DNA of 64,000 nucleotides from Pseudomonadota bacterium (GTDB lineage Bacteria; Pseudomonadota; Alphaproteobacteria; Micavibrionales; UBA2020): NCBI GenBank assembly GCA_043806835.1, contig JAZDGQ010000007.1, positions 2,831 to 66,830 of the forward strand, read 5' to 3'. Shown piece by piece: positions 19,630 to 26,554 of this stretch (position 1 is its first letter; each line of letters starts with the position of its first letter). The notes under the pieces were generated by a model. It saw only the letters and a program-made list of their open reading frames with translations, ran no database searches and was not told where the DNA came from. The position numbers and the translations under genes were made by a program.

Positions 19630-20013
19630 TTAGACCGTCGGAGCAGCCGTCAGACCAACTGTCACAGCGTTTCCTGCGTTGGCCGGATCAATCGACTGCA
19701 TCATCGCGTTCGCGATGAAGGGCAGCGCCAGAAGGGCACCGCCGGCGCCAAGACGCATAACGCCGTCTTTCATCGGCGTTTGGCCCGGGTTGTCAACGTG
19801 TTGCTTCAGTTTGAAGATACCGGCAACAGCAAGACCAACGCCGCAGATGTAAGCGATCGACGAAATGAACATTGGCAGAGAGGTAGACGATGTCGTGATG
19901 TTGGCAGTCAGACCGCCAAGATCAGCAGAAGCAGAGGCAGAGGTGCTTTGCCCTACCAGAACTCCAGCCGTCACCGCTGCAGAAAGTCTATAGATCCCAT
20001 TGAAGTTTTTCAT
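19630..20013 (-). CDS. icmD: type IVB secretion membrane protein IcmD/DotP-like
   Basis: 127 aa with 3 predicted TM segments. Shares the motif SS(I/V)AYI.G....A.GI(F/Y)K.K.HVDNP.QTP with the upstream IcmC-like protein (IcmC and IcmD are known paralogues). Position is between icmC and icmJ. Confidence 0.6.
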   Translation of the reverse strand: MKNFNGIYRLSAAVTAGVLVGQSTSASASADLGGLTANITTSSTSLPMFISSIAYICGVGLAVAGIFKLKQHVDNPGQTPMKDGVMRLGAGGALLALPFIANAMMQSIDPANAGNAVTVGLTAAPTV

Positions 20014-20157
20014 CTTTAGTCTCCTTTGTTTTGACGTTGATGTTTAGTCCCTTTAATACAGATAGTCCTCGATAGTGTAGTCTGCAGTTTCTTAGTGTAG
20101 TTCCTAGTTCCTAGTTAACAACCCTGAAATTATACCTCCCAATACGATTTTTAGTAA
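20014..20157 (-). promoter_or_regulatory. internal sigma-70-like promoter plus repeat-rich 5' leader of icmD
   Basis: Minus strand has TTACTA (20157-20152), a 17-nt spacer, then TATAAT (20134-20129). The ~110-nt leader carries nine ACUA (TAGT on the plus strand) and five GGA motifs; the last GGA is the AAGGAG SD. Confidence 0.45.
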
Positions 20158-20222
20158 AGCTTTTTTTGCAGGACGCACCTGACATCTCGTGTTATGTAAA
20201 AAACAAAGCGCCAAGACGACGC

Positions 20223-21140
20223 TCAGGTAAACCAAATCCCCGCCACTCCGACAGTCGTCCCCAGAACATTCACCAGGTCTCCCAGATTAATCGCCAGAGC
20301 CCCGCCAAATAAGAACGTCAGAGCCTGCATGATGGTGGCATTCTGGCCGCCTTCCGCGAAAGCTCTCAGGACAAACAGTCCCCTGAGGAACGCGATGACG
20401 CCGACAATCATGATGAAGGTCATAAGCGACTCGATCACAGCCCCTATCTTGGCAGCATCCAGGGGGTTGGCGATAACCACCGGAGAGATATTCGCGAAAG
20501 TGCTTATCGTCGCGTCTCCGAAAAGGCTGCTGGTGAAGGCTGTTATCATGCCCGCGCCGGAAATCAGCGTTCCTGCGACAAACAACGTCATAATCGTACC
20601 CAACCCGGTAGGGCCGCGAGGCCCGTCCTGCGCCGTCTTGATCATGCGGGATATTCCGACGAGCAAAAGGAGAGCTCCGGAAATGTAGGAAAACGCGGTC
20701 AAAAGAACCGTCATGGGCCCCGCAATGTCCGCGACCAGTTCGAAAATCATCTGATCCATCCCGCCACCGAGCGGATTCGGGTTGCGGAGGGTGCCTGTGG
20801 TGGGGGTGAGAGCCGCCGCGCCAAACAAAGACCTCCTGACAACATCCACCATATAAGGCATCGAAAACAGCATCCCGCCGCCAAGAAATCTTTTGACCCC
20901 GGCACTGAGCGGGGTCTGACTTGGATTGTCCACATGGTCTTTGAATTTATAAATGCCCCAAGCTGCCCAAAAGCAGCCCATGATGTAAGCCACGCTGGAC
21001 AAAAGCCGGGGAATCGACGCAAAAGACACCGTAAGATTGCTGATGACAGTTCCTACCGTCTGCGCATACGCCGGAGATGTCGTGACCAGCAGAACGACAA
21101 AAGAAAGGCAAAACCACCTGCAGAAACGCTGAATAGTCAT
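20223..21140 (-). CDS. icmC: type IVB secretion membrane protein IcmC/DotE-like (enlarged)
   Basis: ATG 21140 gives MTIQRFCRWFCLSFVVLLVTTSPAYA (signal-like). The N-terminal half is paralogous to IcmD-like (SSVAYIMGCFWAAWGIYKFKDHVDNPSQTP). There are additional C-terminal TM helices. Confidence 0.6.
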   Translation of the reverse strand: MTIQRFCRWFCLSFVVLLVTTSPAYAQTVGTVISNLTVSFASIPRLLSSVAYIMGCFWAAWGIYKFKDHVDNPSQTPLSAGVKRFLGGGMLFSMPYMVDVVRRSLFGAAALTPTTGTLRNPNPLGGGMDQMIFELVADIAGPMTVLLTAFSYISGALLLLVGISRMIKTAQDGPRGPTGLGTIMTLFVAGTLISGAGMITAFTSSLFGDATISTFANISPVVIANPLDAAKIGAVIESLMTFIMIVGVIAFLRGLFVLRAFAEGGQNATIMQALTFLFGGALAINLGDLVNVLGTTVGVAGIWFT

Positions 21141-21340
21141 AAGACAACCCCCGCCCTTTCTAACTAACGCGCTTATCACTACATTAGACCATCTTTTCAG
21201 GGTACAGGCAAATCAAAAGCTGCGACAAAGCCAAAGAAATTCCCGTAACTATATGAAAGATAACACGAAAATTTAATTACTTCCGGCCTGCCTGGATACC
21301 CGTTATTTAGAGACAAATTCAGCCAAAATTTTATCCTTGT

Positions 21341-22105
21341 TTACTGGCTGATTCTTCCGCTGACGCCATCCACGACCCAATACCCTGAGGAATCTTTCAC
21401 AATCGCGTTGATTTTGCCGATTCCCTCCAGAATTTCTCCCGCCGTCACCGCACGCAATTCGCTGGAACCCCTTTCGGAAACCCATGCCATCCCGGGTCTG
21501 GCCGCCTTCAGAACCCATTCCGGAGCCTTGCGACTGGTCTTCACATCACGCTTCACTTTTTTTGCCCTGGACGCCTTTTTGACCCGGACATCGTTCCCAG
21601 AAACATTTTCCCCCGCAGCCTTGCTCTGCCGCAACTTGCCGACATCCTCTTCCAGAGTCCCTATGCGCCTCTCCAGAGATTCAATTCTGGCCAGAAACGC
21701 TGGCGTATTTTCCGACGGGGCCTCGACGGCACCCATATTATCAGGAACTTCGTCATCCGTCTTTTTGACCGTTTCCTCCCTGGCAGGAACGACAGCCGCC
21801 GGCTTTATCCCTGCCCCCGCCACAGACGGGGTTGGCAGAGGTAAAGAAGCCGTATCGGCAGGCACCGGCGATGCCGACGACGGAACAGGAGGGGAAGTTT
21901 CACTCCCCCAGGACAAAGAATCTTCATCCAGGGCCCCCGCAGGAGGAGCGGACGGCTGCGGCGACGTCAGGGAAAACGGCGCAGGAGCCCCCGGAGAGGC
22001 TCCGACGGCGGAAGATTCCGGAAAGAAAACCCCTCCGCCGCCCAGGACGACCAGAATTGTAACGGTACGAATAACCTTCGTGTTGATATTGTCGAACCGG
22101 CTCAT
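21341..22105 (-). CDS. icmG: type IVB secretion protein IcmG/DotF-like (TraP-like)
   Basis: Single N-terminal TM, a P/S/A-rich linker, a coiled-coil (RIESLERRIGTLEEDVGKLRQ) and a C-terminal WVLKAARPGMAWV...GYWVVDG domain. 4-bp ATGA overlap with icmE. Confidence 0.6.
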   Translation of the reverse strand: MSRFDNINTKVIRTVTILVVLGGGGVFFPESSAVGASPGAPAPFSLTSPQPSAPPAGALDEDSLSWGSETSPPVPSSASPVPADTASLPLPTPSVAGAGIKPAAVVPAREETVKKTDDEVPDNMGAVEAPSENTPAFLARIESLERRIGTLEEDVGKLRQSKAAGENVSGNDVRVKKASRAKKVKRDVKTSRKAPEWVLKAARPGMAWVSERGSSELRAVTAGEILEGIGKINAIVKDSSGYWVVDGVSGRISQ

Positions 22106-23436
22106 TTTTCAACATCCTTTGTTGTCACTGAATCGATAAAGAAAATCCCCATGGTGGTGCCTTTGGCGATCTTTACGGTGATCGCGCGGTTGGAGTTCTT
22201 ATCCAGCATATCGCTCACCTTCTTAGAAGCCTCCTCGACGCCCTTGTAAAGGCTTTCCTCGGCATCCGGTTTCGGCTGCGCCGTCGCCTGACCGCCCCCC
22301 GCAATCTGCGTCACCGTAGTACCTGTTTCAGCGACAGCCGCTCCATATCCCTCAACGAATTTGGCCGCCGCCGGCAAAATAACGCGCACAAAATAGTGAT
22401 GATCCACATCAGTCGCCTGACCTGCCAGCGTAGTGTTTTCATCAAGGGCGACGCCATTCATCTCGTAACTGACAGTATCCTTGACGATGCGGGTGAACTC
22501 GATGATTATGTATTCTTCTTTCACGTCGGTCTTGCCAATCGCCCGCCCGCCCGCAAATGGTCCAGACAGTATCTGCGCCAGCACCGGCCCCTTGACGTCG
22601 GAATTAACCGCGGTCAGCAACTGGGCATAAGCGATAGACCCCGAAGGCACGATCACCTGCCCGGCATCCCCCTTCCTTTTTCCGTCCTTGCCCGACCCGC
22701 CGCCTTTCGAATCCTCCTCCTTTTTTCGCTTGTCTTTCAGTTCCGCTTCTTCCTTCTCCTGCGTCACGTAAAGGGATTCCATTTTCGTGATGTTGAGGAC
22801 GGACCCCTTCAGCGGCTCCTGCGCCGCAATAATCACCCGCATCTGCGCGGAAAGGCTCTTGGTGGCCTCGGTATCCTGTTTCACCGCCGCCCCGCCCATC
22901 TCCTGCTTCGGCCGAATAGGCTGCACCAAAGGCACCCCCTCCGGAGTCAGCATGCCGTTTTCCTCCTCGATAGCTTCCTGCGCGGCTCTCGTCCGTTTGG
23001 CTTCAGCAGCTTTACGCCATTCCGAAAGCACGTCGGTCTTGAGGCTGTCCGGCATCATCGGCATCTCCGGCACCTCGATCCCCCCGATCTTGGCGGGAGA
23101 GGTCGGCACGGGCAGCGCGCTTTTGCCTGTTAGCGCAGCTTCCTCGGCTTCCCTCCTGTTCTTCTCTTCCAGAGCCGCTTTATAAGCCGGATCCAGGTCC
23201 TCCTGACCCGGCACCTGATTCACGGCCGTGGTCTGAATGCCGCGCAGCGTCGCTTTCGTCGTCTCTGCGGCCTCATCGGAGAAAAGGATCATGTAACCAC
23301 CGGCAAGAATGGCGATCGCCAGCACGACCGCCGCCAGTTTCAGCATGGGGTTATTCTCCCAGACCTCCTTCAGGGAGGATTTTTCCACGATTTCCTTCTC
23401 GAAATCTTCCGGCACGTTGACATCATCGTTGGTCAT
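22102..23436 (-). CDS. icmE: type IVB secretion protein IcmE/DotG (VirB10/TrbI-like, short form)
   Basis: N-terminal TM, a charged K/E-rich middle and a C-terminal TrbI/VirB10-like domain (VIVPSGSIAYAQLLTAVNSDVKGPVLAQILSGPFAGGRAIG...). ATGA overlaps at both ends. Confidence 0.75.
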   Translation of the reverse strand: MTNDDVNVPEDFEKEIVEKSSLKEVWENNPMLKLAAVVLAIAILAGGYMILFSDEAAETTKATLRGIQTTAVNQVPGQEDLDPAYKAALEEKNRREAEEAALTGKSALPVPTSPAKIGGIEVPEMPMMPDSLKTDVLSEWRKAAEAKRTRAAQEAIEEENGMLTPEGVPLVQPIRPKQEMGGAAVKQDTEATKSLSAQMRVIIAAQEPLKGSVLNITKMESLYVTQEKEEAELKDKRKKEEDSKGGGSGKDGKRKGDAGQVIVPSGSIAYAQLLTAVNSDVKGPVLAQILSGPFAGGRAIGKTDVKEEYIIIEFTRIVKDTVSYEMNGVALDENTTLAGQATDVDHHYFVRVILPAAAKFVEGYGAAVAETGTTVTQIAGGGQATAQPKPDAEESLYKGVEEASKKVSDMLDKNSNRAITVKIAKGTTMGIFFIDSVTTKDVEK

Positions 23437-24572
23437 GGGGCACCCTCATCAGCGGCAATATAGGCCTTTACCATCCTGCCTTCATCGGAAAGCAGGACAA
23501 CCGGCGCATCATCCAGCGTATAAACATTCATCCCGTCGGCGGACGTGACGCTGGAATTCCAGGACGGCGACAGCAGCGTCAGCGGCGTACGCAGATAGAT
23601 GCGTCCCGACACGCGCCATACGTTCGTGCGCCCGTCAACACCCTCTACTTTGAGCTTCTCCGACCGGTCAGGCGGCGTCCCGTCCAGTATCTGAACCAGG
23701 TTTTCATCGGTGCCCGTCACTGCGTTCAGCCCCCCGAATTCGATCAGCGGCGTCTTGGCGAGAGGTCCCTGCTTCGGAATCCGCGCGTCGAACCGGTAAT
23801 ACACTTCGTCAAGCCCCGTGAGCAGCGTAAAAGCGACCGGCGTGATCATGTCCACCAGCCGAATCGAGATGTTGCCGACGCCATGCGCCGACTGGGGAAC
23901 CACGCGAACGACATGCCCCCCCTCTTCAGGAGGAGTTATATCGAACTTTCCCGCCCAGCCGACATCCTGTATCGCCCACGGAGCCCCTGTCTGATCCAGA
24001 ATGGTGATCGTGGTGACGCGGCCCGGAGACGTCTTGATGACGGACGGCGTCTGGCTGGGATCCAGAGAAATGGTTTCCACCACCACCCGGGGAACCGGCA
24101 TGGCAATCGGCGTCTCGGCCGACTCACGATTATCCCTGAAAGTGTCCAGCAGCCTGCGAATCTGCTCCGGGGTCAGAGGCATAAGCTGCTTCAGCGCCGC
24201 ATCAAAAAGCGCCTCTTCGTTTTTCTTCTTCTGACTCTCCGCCTCCAGCGTCATCTGCATCTGCATCTGCATTTCTTCGGGCGTCGGTATGTTCAGAGCC
24301 TTCGCCGTGGCAGGCATCTGTTTGCCCACCGGCAGATTCGCGGCCAGTCCCAGAGGACTGACGCCAGACGACGGACGCCCGTCCGACTCGGCGTTTCCGA
24401 GTATCGGCGATCTCGCTTCCTTCGTCCCGACGTTTCCTTTTTCGGCTGTGGCCTCCCTTATCTTGTATGATCTGCGTTCTTTTTCAAATTCCTCCATGCT
24501 CTGGGCAAAAGCCGGAAAACAGCAAACACTCAACAGCGCCACCGCCAACAAACTTAAAAGCAGACGTTCCAT
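23433..24572 (-). CDS. icmK: type IVB secretion outer-membrane core protein IcmK/DotH (TraN-like)
   Basis: Signal peptide MERLLLSLLAVALLSVCCFPAFA. 379 aa. AGGAG SD. Call rests on its position between the icmL-like genes and icmE. Confidence 0.65.
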   Translation of the reverse strand: MERLLLSLLAVALLSVCCFPAFAQSMEEFEKERRSYKIREATAEKGNVGTKEARSPILGNAESDGRPSSGVSPLGLAANLPVGKQMPATAKALNIPTPEEMQMQMQMTLEAESQKKKNEEALFDAALKQLMPLTPEQIRRLLDTFRDNRESAETPIAMPVPRVVVETISLDPSQTPSVIKTSPGRVTTITILDQTGAPWAIQDVGWAGKFDITPPEEGGHVVRVVPQSAHGVGNISIRLVDMITPVAFTLLTGLDEVYYRFDARIPKQGPLAKTPLIEFGGLNAVTGTDENLVQILDGTPPDRSEKLKVEGVDGRTNVWRVSGRIYLRTPLTLLSPSWNSSVTSADGMNVYTLDDAPVVLLSDEGRMVKAYIAADEGAP

Positions 24573-24694
24573 CCCTGTCTCCTAAGGAGTTTTCGCCGCC
24601 TGGAAGGCGCCGCGACCAATGAGTGAATCATGCGACCCACCATCTGACTGATTTAACACTTATACCCGCAACCGCGCCAAAACGCACGATTTTT

Positions 24695-25330
24695 TTAATA
24701 GATATACCATTCACTTATCCCCACCCCGGCAGGATTGCTACGCGTCGGAACCTTTTCGACGACCACATTCACCGTTTTTTGTATTGTCCCGCTTTTTCCG
24801 CCTGCACGATAGGTGATCAGCAGAGAAATATCAAACTCCCACTGGTACTTATCCACAACCAACCCCTCCTTGAGCAGAACAGGGGTCTTTGAGGGAACCG
24901 ATGTGAAGATCAGCTGCTTTTTATACATATCATCTAGCAATCCGGCGCCCACGAGAGCCTTTTTGAAACTCGCCCATCCTTGCGGAGTAAAGAGAGGCAG
25001 AGACGAAGTAAAACGCTCCTCCACGTCATTAAATCCGAATGTCATAATCTGCGCCGCAGACTGCACCGCCCAGTTCGTTACGGTTGTTTTCTCCATATTC
25101 GGAGATTTGAGTGCAGACAGCTCCGTACTTCTGCCTTCAACGCTTTCTGCAAAATGACGATCCACTCTATCCTTTGTACTCACATAGAACATAAGGAGAC
25201 CCGACAGCACCAGAATGAATACCACCTGAATGTTGGCGATCCATATCATGTTGCGATAGCCGTCGCGGTAATAAGAATTCCTTTTCTGATTCCGGTTAAA
25301 CTCCACGGAAACTGTCATATTGTTATCCAT
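24695..25330 (-). CDS. icmL: type IVB secretion inner-membrane protein IcmL/DotI (TraM-like)
   Basis: 211 aa. YYRDGYRNMIW followed by a TM helix and a periplasmic domain. Size and position match DotI. 8-bp overlap with the upstream paralogue. Confidence 0.7.
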   Translation of the reverse strand: MDNNMTVSVEFNRNQKRNSYYRDGYRNMIWIANIQVVFILVLSGLLMFYVSTKDRVDRHFAESVEGRSTELSALKSPNMEKTTVTNWAVQSAAQIMTFGFNDVEERFTSSLPLFTPQGWASFKKALVGAGLLDDMYKKQLIFTSVPSKTPVLLKEGLVVDKYQWEFDISLLITYRAGGKSGTIQKTVNVVVEKVPTRSNPAGVGISEWYIY

Positions 25331-26249
25331 TGTCCATCGCTATCCATTGTTCGATACCCACCCCGTTGGGATTTTCCAGCGACGGCACGCGTTCTATCAC
25401 CATCCTGAGCATCAGGCTGTCGTTGCGACTGGCGGCTCCGGACTGGTACGACACACTCAACGGCAAATCCACCACCCAGCGGTATTTCCCGTTGCGGATG
25501 CTTTCTTCCCTGATGATCGGGGCGCTGCGCGGCTGCGCGGTCACCACCTGCTGCCCCGCCTCGACCGACTCCATGATTCGCGACTTCTGCAGCGCGCTGG
25601 TGAACGTCTCCCATCCGTGCCGGGTGAAGTTGCGGGAGGAGTTCTGCATCCGCCGCTGATAGTCATGGAACCCGAACGTCATCACCTCGACCGCCGACTG
25701 CGCCGCCCACGACATCAGAGCGGATGTGGCCATATTGGGGCGATCAAGCGGCACCAGCTGCATGATGCGCCCGTCCGCCGTCGTGGCGAAATAGCGATCC
25801 TGCGATGCGGCTGCATTCATATATACGATGAACGTCAGGATCAGCACGACAATGATGATGGATTCGGCAATCACGATTCGCATCATGTTGCGAAAACCGT
25901 CGCGATAAAATTCATTGCGTATGACCACAGACATCAACGGCCCGCCGGCAACAACCTCAAGGGGAGCAGAAAAAGCGGCCGCACCGGATGTACCGTCCCC
26001 GGACATCTTTTTTCCGCTCGGGGAGGAAGGTTCTCCGTGAACTGCCGCACCCCCGGGTCTGGCGGCACCGGCATTCCTGGAGGGCGCGGAGTTGTTTTTG
26101 CCGCTGCCGAGAATCATGGACGCCGACTTTATCAGTTTCGACAACGGGCTCTCGACCGGCGCAGCGCCGCCGGCTTCCGGCACTGGCACATGCGCAGACA
26201 GGATGTCCCCCCCTTTGTTCTCTGATGGCTCGTCGTCGATATCATCCAT
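25323..26249 (-). CDS. second full-length IcmL/DotI paralogue with ~100-aa low-complexity N-terminal extension (icmM/dotJ position)
   Basis: Residues ~110-308 align by eye with the 211-aa IcmL-like protein (FYRDGFRNMMRIV+TM; ...WAAQSAVEVMTFGFHDYQRR... vs ...WAVQSAAQIMTFGFNDVEER...). The N-terminus is G/A/P/S-rich. Confidence 0.65.
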   Translation of the reverse strand: MDDIDDEPSENKGGDILSAHVPVPEAGGAAPVESPLSKLIKSASMILGSGKNNSAPSRNAGAARPGGAAVHGEPSSPSGKKMSGDGTSGAAAFSAPLEVVAGGPLMSVVIRNEFYRDGFRNMMRIVIAESIIIVVLILTFIVYMNAAASQDRYFATTADGRIMQLVPLDRPNMATSALMSWAAQSAVEVMTFGFHDYQRRMQNSSRNFTRHGWETFTSALQKSRIMESVEAGQQVVTAQPRSAPIIREESIRNGKYRWVVDLPLSVSYQSGAASRNDSLMLRMVIERVPSLENPNGVGIEQWIAMDNG

Positions 26250-26469
26250 TTGGGTGACCTTGTAAACCCGGATTATTCCTTCATTATCAGAAGGTGAAAA
26301 AAACTCAACACAAACATCTCCACCTTTTTCAGATGGCGCATCCCGACTTCAATAGAATACTGACTTGCGAAATAACGTCTAGTATTAACTGCTTAAAAAG
26401 GCTTATTTTTTAATACCCTCTGCCCTTTAATTACATAAAATAAAATCGTTCATTATTGTAATTCCTGTC

Positions 26470-26485
26470 TGGCACACCTCTTGCT
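26470..26485 (+). promoter_or_regulatory. sigma-54 (RpoN) promoter of flgK
   Basis: TGGCAC (26470-75), a 5-nt spacer, then TTGCT (26481-85). This is an exact -24/-12 consensus, ~70 nt upstream of the flgK ATG. Confidence 0.7.
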
Positions 26486-26554
26486 TGTACCTCTGGAGGA
26501 AAAGTGTTTTTTGCCGGAGTGCGGCAAGGAACCAGGTCAGGAAAGCAGGAAACA

